Assembly: GCA_963801165.1 (NCBI GenBank)
Contig: CAWDDT010000004.1
Span: 672,001-736,000, forward strand
Length of the DNA stretch: 64,000 bases
Reading direction: 5' to 3'
From: an uncultured bacterium
GTDB lineage: Bacteria > Actinomycetota > Acidimicrobiia > Spongiisociales > UBA5794
The notes beneath the pieces are model-generated. The model was not told the DNA's origin. It did not search any database and saw only the letters and a program-made list of their open reading frames with translations. Shown here piece by piece: positions 1-10,989 of this stretch (positions are counted from its first letter, which is position 1; every line of letters begins with the position of its first letter). The position numbers and the translations under genes were made by a program.

Positions 1-456
1 ATCCCGGATTTCAAGGGCGATCGTGATGCGTTGGAGACCGTGATGTTCGCCAAACCGGCGGTGCTCAACCACAACACCGAGACCGTGCTGCGGCTGCAGC
101 GGGAGATTCGAACTGCCGCCAACTACGGGCGGTCGTTGACCCTGCTGGCTCGGGCCAAATGGATCAACCCTTCCGGCACCGTCAAGTCCGGTCTGATTGT
201 CGGGATGGGCGAGACCGAGGACGAGATCATGGCCACCCTGGCCGACATGAGGGCCGTCGGCGTCGACCTGGTGACGATCGGGCAATATCTGCGGCCCACC
301 GCACGGCACCGGCCCGTGCACCGGTACGTCCACCCCGACGAGTTCGCCCGCTACAGCGAGGAGGGCAAGAGGTTGGGTTTGGCCCACGTCGAGTCCGGGC
401 CGCTGGTACGTTCCTCGTATCACGCCCGTGAGTCACTGGAGAGCGCACAGGCATGA
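1..456 (+). CDS. lipA: Lipoyl synthase, C-terminal part (truncated by window start)
   Basis: Frame open from base 1 (IPDFKG...). Motifs [26 protein letters not shown] and [11 protein letters not shown] are typical of the LipA C-terminus. Confidence 0.95.
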   Translation: MPDFKGDRDALETVMFAKPAVLNHNTETVLRLQREIRTAANYGRSLTLLARAKWINPSGTVKSGLIVGMGETEDEIMATLADMRAVGVDLVTIGQYLRPTARHRPVHRYVHPDEFARYSEEGKRLGLAHVESGPLVRSSYHARESLESAQA

Positions 457-1547
457 TCGACCCCGACTATGCCGTTCGGGTCGCCAGGGCTCGGGCCGAG
501 CTGGAACGACAGGGAGCCGACGTGCTGCTGGTCTCGCTCGGCTCGGATCTCCCGTACCTGACCGGCTACCGGGCCATGCCGCTAGAGCGTCTGACCATGG
601 CTGTCGTCCCCCGAGACGGGACTGCCGTGCTCGTAGTGCCCGAGCTGGAGGCTCCCCGCGTTGTGCCCCGGCCCGGTGTCTTCGAGATCAGGCCCTGGGG
701 CGAGACCGAGGACCCCGTCGCCATCGTTGCCGGGCTCGCCGGCACGTCGGAGCGCGCGCTCGTCGGTGACCAGACCTGGGCGGTGTTCCTGCTCGAGCTG
801 CAGAAGGCGCTTCCGGCCACCGATTTCGTTTCGGCGCGGAGCGTCTCGAGGTCGCTGCGGGTAGTCAAGGACGATGCCGAGATCACGTTGCTGCGCGAGG
901 TCGCCGAAGTTGCCGACACCGTCGCCGGGCTCCTGGTGGGGCACACGTTCGCCGGCAAGACCGAGGCGCAGGTGTCGCACGAGGTTGGCGAGATGCTTGT
1001 CGCCAACGGGAACGACACCGCCGAGTTCGCCATCGTTGCTTCCGGGCCCAACGGGGCGTCGCCGCATCACGAGGCGGGGGGGCGGACGATCGGGCCCGGC
1101 GATCCGATAGTCGTCGACTTCGGTGGGAAACGCCACGGGTACACCTCGGACACGACGCGCATGTACCACGTTGATGAGCCGTCGGCCCGCTATCTCGAGA
1201 TACACGGGATCGTGCTCGCAGCCCAGCAGGCGGCCGTTGCCGCGGTCCGGCCGGGCGTTTCGGCAGAGGCGGTCGATGCCGCCGCCCGCAACGTGATCGA
1301 GAGTGCGGGATACGGGGAGTTCTTCATCCACCGCACGGGACACGGCATCGGTCTCGACACGCACGAGGACCCGTACATCGTCACCGGAAACACCGGGTTG
1401 TTGCGCAGCGGCATGGCATTCTCGATCGAGCCGGGTATTTACCTGCCTGGTGAGTTTGGCGTCCGCATCGAGGACATAGTTGTATGCACTCCCGACGGCG
1501 CGCACCGTCTCAACAACTCGTCGCGAGCGGTTGCCGTCGTTGAGTGA
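453..1547 (+). CDS. Xaa-Pro peptidase family (M24B) protein
   Basis: Creatinase-like N-terminal domain; metal-site motifs [35 protein letters not shown] and GVRIED. ATGA overlap with lipA. Confidence 0.93.
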   Translation: MIDPDYAVRVARARAELERQGADVLLVSLGSDLPYLTGYRAMPLERLTMAVVPRDGTAVLVVPELEAPRVVPRPGVFEIRPWGETEDPVAIVAGLAGTSERALVGDQTWAVFLLELQKALPATDFVSARSVSRSLRVVKDDAEITLLREVAEVADTVAGLLVGHTFAGKTEAQVSHEVGEMLVANGNDTAEFAIVASGPNGASPHHEAGGRTIGPGDPIVVDFGGKRHGYTSDTTRMYHVDEPSARYLEIHGIVLAAQQAAVAAVRPGVSAEAVDAAARNVIESAGYGEFFIHRTGHGIGLDTHEDPYIVTGNTGLLRSGMAFSIEPGIYLPGEFGVRIEDIVVCTPDGAHRLNNSSRAVAVVE

Positions 1548-1577
1548 CAAGCCAGCGAGGTTGAGTGACAAGCCAGC
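1539..1577. repeat. 18-bp direct repeat GTTGAGTGACAAGCCAGC x2 (period 21) spanning the peptidase stop codon
   Basis: Copies read directly at 1539-1556 and 1560-1577. Confidence 0.9.
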
Positions 1578-1587
1578 CAGACCGGGA

Positions 1588-1607
1588 GTCGGGGTGGGTA
1601 CCCCGAC
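1588..1607 (+). terminator. GC-rich hairpin downstream of the peptidase, possible terminator
   Basis: GTCGGGGT-gggt-ACCCCGAC perfect 8-bp stem; no U-tract. Confidence 0.4.
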
Positions 1608-1640
1608 CCGATCCAGAGACCGATTGCCCATGGAGGAATC

Positions 1641-3584
1641 GTGAACATCGAACAGCTAGCGGCGAACACCATCAGAGCCCTGTCCATGGACGCCGTGCAG
1701 AAGGCCAACTCGGGTCACCCGGGAGCGCCGATGGGTATGGCCGACATGGCCGTGGTGCTGTGGAGCAAGTTCCTGCGGGTCGATCCGACCAACCCGACGT
1801 GGGAGAACCGCGACCGGTTCGTGCTGTCCAACGGCCACGCTTCGTTGATGCTCTATTCGATTCTCCACCTCACCGGGTTCCCGATCACGATCGAGGATAT
1901 CAAGTCATTCCGGCAGTGGGGCTCGGTCACGCCCGGTCACCCGGAGCGCGACGTTCCCCGCGGGATCGAGACGACCACGGGGCCACTCGGCCAGGGATTC
2001 GCCACCAGCGTTGGGATGGCCATTGCCGAAGCCAAGCTCAATGAGCGCTTCGGGCCCGAGTTGATCGATCATTACACGTACGGATTTGTCGGTGACGGGT
2101 GTGTCCAGGAAGGTGTGACCGCCGAGGCCGCCTCTCTGGCGGGCCATCTCGGGTTGGGCAAGCTCATCTACCTGTACGATGCCAACAAGATCACGCTGGT
2201 CGGGCCCCGGTCGTGGAGCGACAGTGAGAAGACGCTGGAGAGATTCGATGCCTACGGTTGGCAGACGCTCGAGGTCGACGGACACGACCAGGGTGCGATC
2301 GCCGAGGCAATCACCGAGGCCCGTGCCGATGTTGAGCGTCCGTCGCTGATCGCCTGCTGGACCCATATTGCTTTCGGGAGCCCGCACAAGCAGGACTCGG
2401 CTTCGGCTCATGGTTCACCGCTCGGCGAGGAGGAAGTAGCACTCACCAAGCAGGCGTTGGGCTGGGAGTACGAGCCGTTCCAGGTCCCCGATGAGGTCTA
2501 CACGTTCTTCTCGGAATCCATGGCCGATCGACACCGGGAGGCAGGCGACTGGCAGCGCAAGCTCGAGATGGAACTCGCTACAGACCGGGGTCTGGCCGAG
2601 GCGTGGCGGAAGCACTTCGATCCGGAGCCCATCACGATCCCGGTACCCGAGTACGACGCGGGCAGCAAGGTCGCCACTCGTGCCGTCTCGGGCGATGTCA
2701 TAAACGCCATTGCCCACGAGCGGCCGGATCTGGTCGGAGGCTCCGCGGACCTGGCGTCGTCGACCAACACGTTGATCAAGTCGTCGAGCGACTTCACAGC
2801 CGCGGACCGGACCGGCCGCAACATCCGGTTTGGCATCCGTGAGCACGCCATGGGTGCCGCAGTCAACGGCATCAATATCCACGGCGGGATGCGTGCCTTT
2901 GGGGCGACGTTCCTCACGTTCTCCGACTACATGCGCGGAGCGGTCCGTCTCGGTGCGCTCATGGGCGCCCCGAGCATTTGGGTCTATACCCACGACTCGA
3001 TCTTCCTGGGGGAGGACGGGCCCACCCACCAGTCGATCGAGCACGCCGCTGCGCTGCGAGCCATTCCCAACCTGTGGCTGATACGCCCCGGGAACGCCGC
3101 CGAGGTGGCGGGCGCCTGGGAGTTGGCGCTGAACCGGGTGGAGGGCCCGACGGCGTTCAGCCTGTCCCGCCAGGGTTTGCCGGTGGGTGGCAGCGATCCG
3201 GTCCCCGTGGCCAAGGGCGCCTATGTGGCTCGGGAGGGATCAGACGCGGTTCTCGTGGCGACCGGTTCCGAACTGGCCACCGCCCTCGCCGCGGCCGAGA
3301 TCCTCGAAGGCGAGGGGAAGGCGGTCCGGGTTGTCTCGATGCCGTGCCGGGAGGCCTTCGCAGCCCAGGATGACGCCTATAAGGCGAGTGTCCTCGGCGA
3401 TGGGCTCCCAATTGCCTCGGTGGAGGCGGGGACGACTTTTGGCTGGGGCGACATCGTCGGCAGGGACGGGCTCTCTATCGGGATCGACCACTTCGGCGCC
3501 TCCGCTCCCGGCCCCGTGCTTGCTGAGAAGTTCGGCTTCACACCGGAGCAGGTTGCGGCCAAGCTGCGTACGTGGCTCGGTTGA
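1641..3584 (+). CDS. tkt: Transketolase
   Basis: [24 protein letters not shown] motif GDG...[12 protein letters not shown] and [15 protein letters not shown]; SD GGAGG upstream of GTG. Confidence 0.97.
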   Translation: MNIEQLAANTIRALSMDAVQKANSGHPGAPMGMADMAVVLWSKFLRVDPTNPTWENRDRFVLSNGHASLMLYSILHLTGFPITIEDIKSFRQWGSVTPGHPERDVPRGIETTTGPLGQGFATSVGMAIAEAKLNERFGPELIDHYTYGFVGDGCVQEGVTAEAASLAGHLGLGKLIYLYDANKITLVGPRSWSDSEKTLERFDAYGWQTLEVDGHDQGAIAEAITEARADVERPSLIACWTHIAFGSPHKQDSASAHGSPLGEEEVALTKQALGWEYEPFQVPDEVYTFFSESMADRHREAGDWQRKLEMELATDRGLAEAWRKHFDPEPITIPVPEYDAGSKVATRAVSGDVINAIAHERPDLVGGSADLASSTNTLIKSSSDFTAADRTGRNIRFGIREHAMGAAVNGINIHGGMRAFGATFLTFSDYMRGAVRLGALMGAPSIWVYTHDSIFLGEDGPTHQSIEHAAALRAIPNLWLIRPGNAAEVAGAWELALNRVEGPTAFSLSRQGLPVGGSDPVPVAKGAYVAREGSDAVLVATGSELATALAAAEILEGEGKAVRVVSMPCREAFAAQDDAYKASVLGDGLPIASVEAGTTFGWGDIVGRDGLSIGIDHFGASAPGPVLAEKFGFTPEQVAAKLRTWLG

Positions 3585-3682
3585 TTAGCGGGCGTCGGTG
3601 GCCTCAGCCATAGGGGATAGCGCGTCCAGGATCTGTCGGCGGAAGCCGACCGGGCCGTCCCGGGGCGCTAGGTTCTACGCCC

Positions 3683-4348
3683 ATGGAGGTGACCCCCGCA
3701 CTCGTTCTGAGCATGTGGAGCGCCGGCATGGCCGCCGGCGCTGCGGTTGTGTCGAGCTGGGGCGTTGTCGGGCCGGGTTTCAACTGGTTGCTTTCCGGAA
3801 TCGTCGTGATCGTGGGCGGGGCGACGGCGCTCGCCGGGAATGTGACGATCGGCCTGGCTGCGTGTGCGGCGGCATTGGCTGCCGGCGTCATGGCACGGAG
3901 GCGACCGGTAGCCGCCTGGCTCTTCGCATTGTCCGCCCTGGGATATCTGGTAACAGCGATTTCGGACGGTGGTGTCATCCCGGCGATCACGGGATCGGTC
4001 TTTCTGGGCGGGATGACCACCGAGATGCTGCTCGGCCATTGGTTTCTGATCGACCCGACGCTGCCGCGATCGGCGTTACAGCGTCTCGATGTCGTTGCAG
4101 GCGCCGGCGTCGTTCTCGATGTAGCGGTGATGGCTGTTGCCGGGGCGTTTGGTGCGGGCGACGGAGTGATGATCGCGGCATACGTGGCACTAGCCGTCCT
4201 CACGGGTCTGCTCGTGGCCGCGGTGTGGTTCTCGTTGCGCGAGACGGGGTACTCGGGGGTGATGGCGGCTACGGGGCTCTCGTATCTGGGCGTGCTCACC
4301 TCGTTCGGGGTCGTCGTTGTGGGCCGCCTGCTGGTTGCGGGTCGGTAG
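3683..4348 (+). CDS. Multi-pass membrane protein of unknown function
   Basis: About 7 hydrophobic segments; conserved-looking motifs EMLLGHWFL and YSGVMAATGLSYL. Confidence 0.75.
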   Translation: MEVTPALVLSMWSAGMAAGAAVVSSWGVVGPGFNWLLSGIVVIVGGATALAGNVTIGLAACAAALAAGVMARRRPVAAWLFALSALGYLVTAISDGGVIPAITGSVFLGGMTTEMLLGHWFLIDPTLPRSALQRLDVVAGAGVVLDVAVMAVAGAFGAGDGVMIAAYVALAVLTGLLVAAVWFSLRETGYSGVMAATGLSYLGVLTSFGVVVVGRLLVAGR

Positions 4349-4358
4349 GATCGCGCTG

Positions 4359-4913
4359 GTGAAGATCTATACACGCCGCGGCGATGACGGGACCACAGGT
4401 TTGCTCTACGGGGGGCGGGTGCCGAAAGACGCCACGGCCCCTGCCGCCTACGGCGACATCGACGAGACCGTCGCCTGTCTCGGGATGGCCCGAGCAGAGA
4501 CCGAGCCCGGATCCGCCCTCAACGACGAGCTGCTGCGTCTGCAGCGGATCCTGTTCATCGTGGGAGCCGAGTTGGCGACGGCGCCGGAGAACCGTCACAA
4601 GCTCGTCGATGGTGAGACCCGGGTGACCGAGACGATGGTGAGCGATCTGGAGCAGGCGATCGACAAGATCGACAGCGACCGCGGTACACCGGGCGTCTTT
4701 CTCGTGCCCGGCGGCAACCGGCTCGGAGCGACCCTCGATGTTGCCAGGGCGACGGCCAGGAGGGCAGAGCGGAGCATCGTGACCCACTTCCGGGCCGGGG
4801 GGTACGAAGACAGCCACGCTCTCGCCTATATCAACAGGCTGACCGACTATCTCTACATGCTGGCCCGTGCCGCCGAGGAGAGCTGGACCCCGAGCAAGGA
4901 GACCGATACGTAA
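4359..4913 (+). CDS. Cob(I)alamin adenosyltransferase, PduO-type
   Basis: KIYTRRGDDGTTGL, YGDIDE, ARRAER and INRLTDYLYMLAR; start reassigned to GTG at 4359. Confidence 0.93.
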   Translation: MKIYTRRGDDGTTGLLYGGRVPKDATAPAAYGDIDETVACLGMARAETEPGSALNDELLRLQRILFIVGAELATAPENRHKLVDGETRVTETMVSDLEQAIDKIDSDRGTPGVFLVPGGNRLGATLDVARATARRAERSIVTHFRAGGYEDSHALAYINRLTDYLYMLARAAEESWTPSKETDT

Positions 4914-6352
4914 TGGACATCACCGTCAAGCCCGATCTCGAGGACGCGACCGGCGATCTGCTGATCCTGCCCGTCTACCAGGGCCGCAACTGGGGTCCGG
5001 GTGCCGCAGCTGTGGTCGCCGGGCTGGGCGGGTGGGTGGAGGCCTACCTGGATGGTGTGGACTTCAACGGCAAGATCGGGCAAACCGCATTCGTGCCCGG
5101 GACCGGCGGTTTCGGCAACGTCCTGTTTGCCGGGCTGGGCGAGGAGGCCGACGCCGATGTCCTTCGCAAGGTGGCGGGCATTGCGGGCCGTGCCGCGCAG
5201 CGGTACGAGAGTGTGGCGACAACGCTGAGCGCGTTGGAAATCGACGGCGCCGTCGAAGCCGTGGTGTACGGGTTCCTGCTCGGCCAGTACAAGTTCGTCA
5301 AGTACCTCTCCGATCCGAGTCCATCCCGGACGGCGACGCTCCTGCTGGTGGGTTCCGATCCCGGAGGCGACGTCGCCCACGCAACCGCGGTCGCCGCCGG
5401 GGTGACCCTGGCGCGGGATCTGATCAACGAGCCTGCGGGTGGCAAGAAACCCGAGGTTCTCGCCGGTATCGCGGCGGACATGGCAAACGCAGCGGGGATC
5501 GACATCACCATCTACGACCGTGATCAGGTCGAGGAGGAGGGGTTTGGCGGGTTGCTGGCGGTCTCGCAGGGGGCCACCAACCCTCCGCGCATGGTTGTCA
5601 TGCGCTACCGACCCGAGGGAGCATCCAAGACCCTGGCGTTGATCGGCAAGGGGATCGTCTTTGACAGCGGTGGTCTGTCGATAAAGCCGGCCTCGGGCAT
5701 GGAGACGATGAAGACCGACATGTCGGGTGCCGCTGCGGTGTTCGGAGCGATGCAGGCGATCGCTTCGCTCGGGATCGAGGTCAACGTGCTCGGGGTGACA
5801 CCGCTCACCGAGAACATGACCGGCGGAGCGGCCCAGCGACCCGGTGACATCTTCACCGCACGCAACGGCAAGACCGTCGAGGTGCTCAATACCGACGCCG
5901 AAGGCCGGCTGGTTCTCGCCGACGGCCTATCACTAGCCGCCGAGTCCGAGCCGGATCTGATGATCGACGTTGCCACTCTGACCGGGGCATGCTCCGTGGC
6001 ACTCGGCAAGAAGGTGGCCGGTTTGTTTGGCTCCGACGACCAAACGGCCGAATCGGTCGTGGCCTCGGCCAGGCGCGCAGGGGAGCGGGTGTGGCGTCTG
6101 CCGCTCGAGAAGGAATACCGCTCCAAGCTCGACTCACCGATCGCCGACATCAAGAACATCGGCGACCGCTACGGCGGTGCGATCACGGCGGCTCTGTTTC
6201 TCGAGGAGTTCACCGGCGGGCTTCCCTGGGTGCACCTCGACATCGCCGGGCCGGCGCGGGCCGAATCGGACGATGGCTATGTCACCAAGGGGGGAACCGG
6301 TTTCGCCGTGGCCACCCTGGTGGCCGTCGCCGAGGACCTAGGAGAGCGGTGA
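4913..6352 (+). CDS. pepA: Leucyl aminopeptidase (M17)
   Basis: GKGIVFDSGG, MKTDMSGAA, NTDAEGRL, DVATLTGA and WVHLDIAG. Confidence 0.95.
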   Translation: MDITVKPDLEDATGDLLILPVYQGRNWGPGAAAVVAGLGGWVEAYLDGVDFNGKIGQTAFVPGTGGFGNVLFAGLGEEADADVLRKVAGIAGRAAQRYESVATTLSALEIDGAVEAVVYGFLLGQYKFVKYLSDPSPSRTATLLLVGSDPGGDVAHATAVAAGVTLARDLINEPAGGKKPEVLAGIAADMANAAGIDITIYDRDQVEEEGFGGLLAVSQGATNPPRMVVMRYRPEGASKTLALIGKGIVFDSGGLSIKPASGMETMKTDMSGAAAVFGAMQAIASLGIEVNVLGVTPLTENMTGGAAQRPGDIFTARNGKTVEVLNTDAEGRLVLADGLSLAAESEPDLMIDVATLTGACSVALGKKVAGLFGSDDQTAESVVASARRAGERVWRLPLEKEYRSKLDSPIADIKNIGDRYGGAITAALFLEEFTGGLPWVHLDIAGPARAESDDGYVTKGGTGFAVATLVAVAEDLGER

Positions 6353-6629
6353 AGATCGCCGTTGCGCCCGCGACGTCAGAACTGGTGAAATGCCGACACT
6401 ATCAGTAGCTAGACGACCTAGGCCGATCGACCTATACCGATAGAGCCAGAATACCCTAGGTAGTCGTCGCGAGAAACGCGCTTGCTCCTCGCCGCGAGAC
6501 GTTCATGATCACGATGCTTCCCGTAATCATTGGATATTTTCGGCAATCAACCAACTCCGAAGAGCCACTAGGGCCTTAAGTCCCAGCCGACAATGGGCTA
6601 ACGGCCCACCACTGTGTGTGTTCGATCCC

Positions 6630-6657
6630 TCAAGCCGGTTACCAAGCACGCCGATAC
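6630..6657 (+). promoter_or_regulatory. Putative sigma-28 (FliA/WhiG)-type promoter
   Basis: TCAA-N16-GCCGATAC versus consensus TAAA-N15/16-GCCGATAA; ends about 43 nt upstream of the CAP gene ATG. Confidence 0.5.
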
Positions 6658-6699
6658 GCAGCGTGTTCGCACAAACCGGCGACAAGAGGATCGAAGCTT

Positions 6700-7329
6700 A
6701 TGGCTGCGCTGGCCAAGAGGATATTTACCGTTCTACTCACCGCAGGTCTGGCGTTCGCTATGGTCGTTCCGGCGGCCTCCGCCGGGTCATACGAGAGCGA
6801 AGCGCTGACACTGCTCAACCAGGCCAGGGCGGCGGCAGGACTCAATCCGGTGGCCATGAACGCAAACCTGAGCGACAATGCGCTGGCCTGGACACAGCAC
6901 ATGGAGGGCCAGCAGCAACTGTCGCACAACCCGAACCTCTCTGCGGTTACCGGGAATTGGGACAAGCTCGGCGAGAACGTTGGGGTGGGGACCAGCATTG
7001 CCTCGCTGCATGAGGCTTTCATGCAGTCTCCGGGACACCGCGGCAACATACTTGGTGACTACGACAGCGTCGGCATCGCCGTTGTTGCGGAGACCCAGTC
7101 GAAGTTGTGGATCACCGTCGTGTTCATGAAGACCCTCGGTGCAGCGCCCGCCGGCGGCGAAGACCCTGAGCCCTACGCTGAGCTACAACCGGTCGTATCG
7201 ACCGGACAGCCGGCGGCCAACGAAGCCACCGATCCGACGCCCCCCGCACCGCATGTCACCGCACCGGCAACACCGGCAGCTGCGATCGTGGTCCGGTGGG
7301 TGCGTACCTTCCAGCCGAGAGCTATCTGA
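6700..7329 (+). CDS. Secreted CAP (SCP-like) domain protein with Pro/Ala/Thr-rich tail
   Basis: Signal peptide ending in ASA; LLNQARAAAGL, LSHN, GENVG and FMQSPGHRGNIL; SD GAGGA before ATG 6700. Confidence 0.88.
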   Translation: MAALAKRIFTVLLTAGLAFAMVVPAASAGSYESEALTLLNQARAAAGLNPVAMNANLSDNALAWTQHMEGQQQLSHNPNLSAVTGNWDKLGENVGVGTSIASLHEAFMQSPGHRGNILGDYDSVGIAVVAETQSKLWITVVFMKTLGAAPAGGEDPEPYAELQPVVSTGQPAANEATDPTPPAPHVTAPATPAAAIVVRWVRTFQPRAI

Positions 7330-7336
7330 CCGGCTC

Positions 7337-9151
7337 CTAGGTCTGCGCCGACGTGCCCGTCTGCCACGATTGGTATAACCGCTGGTAGACGCCTCCATCC
7401 GCAAGCAGTTCCTCGTGTGTTCCGTCCTGAACCAGTTTGCCGCCGTCGAACACGAGCACCCGGTCCGCCCGTTCCGCCGTCGACATGCGGTGAGCGATGG
7501 TGACAACAGTCCGCCCCGTGGTGAGCTCTCCGAGCGCCCGGTTGATGCGGACCTCGGTCGCAGGATCGACCGCCGAAGTTGCTTCGTCGAGGACGAGCAG
7601 GTCCGGATCGGCTATGGCGGCCCGAACGAGGGTGACCAGCTGGCGTTCTCCTACCGAGAGCGCTCCGCCCCGCTCGCCGACCGGTGTGTCTATCCCCTCG
7701 GTCAGCTCGTCGAGCCAGTCTCCCAGCCCGAGCCGGTGGAACTCGGCGCCCAGTTCGGCGTTGCTGGCATCGGGGTTGCCCATGCGCACGTTGTCACCAA
7801 TCGTGCCCCGGAACAGCATGCCCTCTTGCGGAACCATCACAACCCGATCCCGCAACGAATCGAACCGGACGGTGCGTAGGTCGGCGCCACCCACCTCAAC
7901 CCATCCCTCACTCGGATCCATCAATCTGGTTAGGAGCTTGGCGAAGGTCGTCTTACCCGACCCGGTTTCGCCGACCACGGCTACGCGACTCCTGGGAGCG
8001 ATGTCGATTGTGAGGTCTGCGAGGGCGGCCGGCCCGGTGGCGTCGGCGGCAATCTCCCCACTCATGGGATAGCGGAAGGTCACGCCGAAGAAGCTGGCGC
8101 CGACCGGTTCGTGGGGCAGCTCCACCCCGTCCGGTCCCGGGTCGGAGACGTCCGGGGCGATGTCGAGGATGTCGAGCACCCGGCGCCATCCCGCCACCGC
8201 AGTCTGGGCCTCGTTCACCGCCTCGCCGAGCATCTGCATCGGCTGGACGAACAGCTGGACGAGAAACAGGAAGGCAAGAACGGTCCCCACCGAGGTGAGA
8301 TCGTGGACCGCCAGCACCGTCCCGACAACGAGTACTGCCGCCACGACCAAAGCTGAAAGGAGCTCGCCGACTCCTGAGAACGTGGCGGACAGCGAACCGG
8401 CGTAGACGGCTGAGGAGCGATGGTCCTCAATCGCCTCGCCGAGTCGTTCCCTGGTTCGCTCTTCGATTCCGTACGCCCGGATCACCGGTGCCCCCACCAC
8501 CGTCTCGGCGAGCAGGGCCAGCATCCTGCCCACCTTTTCTCGCACGGTGAGAAAGGCCACCTCGAGCCTGGTCTGGAACCACCACATCGTGACCACGATC
8601 AACGGGATCAGGGCGATCACCACGAGACCGAGCAGCGGGGATAGCACCAGCATCACCACCAGCGCCAGCAGCGCCTGCCCACTGTTGACAATCAGCATCA
8701 AACCTGCCCACTGCATGAACCGGCTTATCTGGTCGACGTCCGAGGTCACCCGCGCCACCAGGACCCCGCGCTGTTCCGACGCCTGGTGCAGCATCGATAA
8801 GTCGTGGATGTGTCGGAACGCCCTGATACGCACCCCGGACAGGGCGGTCTCCGAGACCCGGGCCAGCCGGAGGTCCATCCACCCTGTGGCACCTGCGGTG
8901 ATCAGCACCGCCACGAGCGCCACGCCGACCATACGCACCACGAAGCCCATATCGACACCGCCGTTGGAGAGGCCGCGGTCGATGATCTGCTGTATGGCGA
9001 CCGGGACGATGACCCTGCCGGCGGTAGAGACGAGCGCGATGACAATCGTGCCGGCGAGGCCGCGCCGCAGCTCGGGTGAGAGGCTGAGACCGCGCTTGAT
9101 GGTGTCGAGCGCCCCGGTGGCCCGGCCCGGCGTGTCGACGCCGACCGTCAT
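7337..9151 (-). CDS. ABC exporter, fused permease/ATPase (heterodimer subunit)
   Basis: N-terminal TM domain; Walker A GETGSGKT, signature LSVGERQ, Walker B LLVLDEATS and AHR switch. Confidence 0.93.
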   Translation of the reverse strand: MTVGVDTPGRATGALDTIKRGLSLSPELRRGLAGTIVIALVSTAGRVIVPVAIQQIIDRGLSNGGVDMGFVVRMVGVALVAVLITAGATGWMDLRLARVSETALSGVRIRAFRHIHDLSMLHQASEQRGVLVARVTSDVDQISRFMQWAGLMLIVNSGQALLALVVMLVLSPLLGLVVIALIPLIVVTMWWFQTRLEVAFLTVREKVGRMLALLAETVVGAPVIRAYGIEERTRERLGEAIEDHRSSAVYAGSLSATFSGVGELLSALVVAAVLVVGTVLAVHDLTSVGTVLAFLFLVQLFVQPMQMLGEAVNEAQTAVAGWRRVLDILDIAPDVSDPGPDGVELPHEPVGASFFGVTFRYPMSGEIAADATGPAALADLTIDIAPRSRVAVVGETGSGKTTFAKLLTRLMDPSEGWVEVGGADLRTVRFDSLRDRVVMVPQEGMLFRGTIGDNVRMGNPDASNAELGAEFHRLGLGDWLDELTEGIDTPVGERGGALSVGERQLVTLVRAAIADPDLLVLDEATSAVDPATEVRINRALGELTTGRTVVTIAHRMSTAERADRVLVFDGGKLVQDGTHEELLADGGVYQRLYQSWQTGTSAQT

Positions 9152-10989
9152 GTGCCCTCCTCCCGCTCGTAGGCGTCGATCAGCTCGCGGTAGGCCGGCA
9201 ATCGGCGGTACAGCTCATCGTGGGTGCCCCTGTCGATGGCCCGACCGTCTTCGATGTAGATGACCTCGTCGGCAAGGACGATGGAGGAGCGCCGGTAGGC
9301 GACGATGACGACGGTGGTGTCGAGTTCGGCGAGTCCCGCCAGGATCACTCCCTCGACGGAGGGGTCGACCGCCGAGGTGGCGTCGTCGAGGACGAGCAAC
9401 CGGGGACGGCGGACGATGGCGCGGGCGAGCGCAATGCGCTGCCGCTGGCCACCCGACAGGGATGCGCCTCGCTCGCCGACGAGTGTGTAGTACCCGTCGG
9501 GCAGCTCGGCGATGAAGCCGTCGGCCTGGGCCAGCCTGGCGGCGTCGATGACCTCGCCCTTCGGGATCGCCTCCGCAAGGCTGATGTTGTTGAAGACGGT
9601 GTCGTTGAACAGGAATGTCTCCTGAAAGACAAGCGTCACCGACCGGGCCAGCGTCGATCTGTCGAGGTCGAGCAAGCCGTGGCCGTCGAGGCAGATCTCG
9701 CCGCGATCGGGATCGAACAGTCGCACCAGCAGGTGGGCAAACGTCGACTTCCCCGACCCGGTCGGCCCGACCAGCGCGACGGTCTTGCCGGGTGGGACGT
9801 CGAGCGTCACCGATTCAATCCCGCGGCGATCCTCGACTGCCATCTCCGCAGCGGACGTCCTTGTCGTCGCCGACAGGTCGGCGTACTCGGTCTCGGGATA
9901 CAGGTAGCCGACGGTCTCGGCGCGGGCGCCGGCTCCACCAACGGCGGACGACGCCCGGGCGCCGTAAGACACGCTGCCTTTCTCGTTGAGGACGGCATCC
10001 ACCCGGTCCATCCCGACAACGGCACGGGGTAAGTCACCCAGCAGCCAGCCGAAGACGCGCATCGGCAACGCAACGAGCCGGAAGAGGTAGGCGAACGTGA
10101 TGAGCGTGCCCGGAGTGAGGATTCCCTGGTCTACGCGCCAGGCGCCGACCCCGAGCACGGCGAGAATCCCGATGTTGGGGAGAACCTCGATGATCGGGTC
10201 GAAGATGGCGCGCAGGCTCCCCACCTCCACCATGCGGTCCCGCAGCGCATCGGACCGGGCCCCGAAACGGCCCACCTCGGCATCTTCACGACCGAGCGTC
10301 TTGACGACAAGGGCGGCGTCGAAGGACTCGTGGGCGATCTCGGCTACTTCGGCGCGCAAGCGTTGCGCCGTCGCCGCTACGGCCCGCATCTTCCGTTGGT
10401 AGAAGAAGTTGGAGATGAGGATCGCCGGGCCAACCAGGAACCCGATCAGCGCCAGGAAGGGATCGGTGAGGATGAGGAGGACGGCGGTGATGGCGAGCAT
10501 GACTATCACGCCGAACGCCATTGGGAGTGGGGCGGCGACCCACGAGGAGGATTCCACGTCCTCGTTGACATTGGCGAGCAGCTGGCCGGTGGGGTGGCGG
10601 CGGTGCCACTCTATGGGGAGCTCGAGGTAGCGATCCGTGACTTCGATGCGGTCGCGGGCCTGGAGCCGGTACTGAGCGTGATAGGCGCCGAGCCGGCGAA
10701 ACGTAATCCCGATAGCGCGCGCCAACGCCACCCCGACAACGGCGAGCGCAGCACCGACGAGTGTCGAGGTGGCCACTTCGCCCGCCTTGACCGCGGGGAG
10801 CAGCACAGAGTCGGTCACCCATCCGACGACGTATGACGAGACGACCGTCATGGTGGCGAAGAGCACCGTGCCGAGACCGCCTACCGCGAACTCCTTGGTC
10901 GCCCGCCTTAGCTGGCGTGCGATCAACGTGCGTCCTTTGCCGAGCAGCGCGACATCGATCTGATCCGGATCGGGTGTGGAGCCGGCCAT
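9148..10989 (-). CDS. ABC exporter, fused permease/ATPase (degenerate-site heterodimer subunit)
   Basis: GPTGSGKS and LSGGQRQ; Walker B LVLDD and switch AYR (both degenerate); start at 10989 coupled to the moeB stop. Confidence 0.92.
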   Translation of the reverse strand: MAGSTPDPDQIDVALLGKGRTLIARQLRRATKEFAVGGLGTVLFATMTVVSSYVVGWVTDSVLLPAVKAGEVATSTLVGAALAVVGVALARAIGITFRRLGAYHAQYRLQARDRIEVTDRYLELPIEWHRRHPTGQLLANVNEDVESSSWVAAPLPMAFGVIVMLAITAVLLILTDPFLALIGFLVGPAILISNFFYQRKMRAVAATAQRLRAEVAEIAHESFDAALVVKTLGREDAEVGRFGARSDALRDRMVEVGSLRAIFDPIIEVLPNIGILAVLGVGAWRVDQGILTPGTLITFAYLFRLVALPMRVFGWLLGDLPRAVVGMDRVDAVLNEKGSVSYGARASSAVGGAGARAETVGYLYPETEYADLSATTRTSAAEMAVEDRRGIESVTLDVPPGKTVALVGPTGSGKSTFAHLLVRLFDPDRGEICLDGHGLLDLDRSTLARSVTLVFQETFLFNDTVFNNISLAEAIPKGEVIDAARLAQADGFIAELPDGYYTLVGERGASLSGGQRQRIALARAIVRRPRLLVLDDATSAVDPSVEGVILAGLAELDTTVVIVAYRRSSIVLADEVIYIEDGRAIDRGTHDELYRRLPAYRELIDAYEREEGT

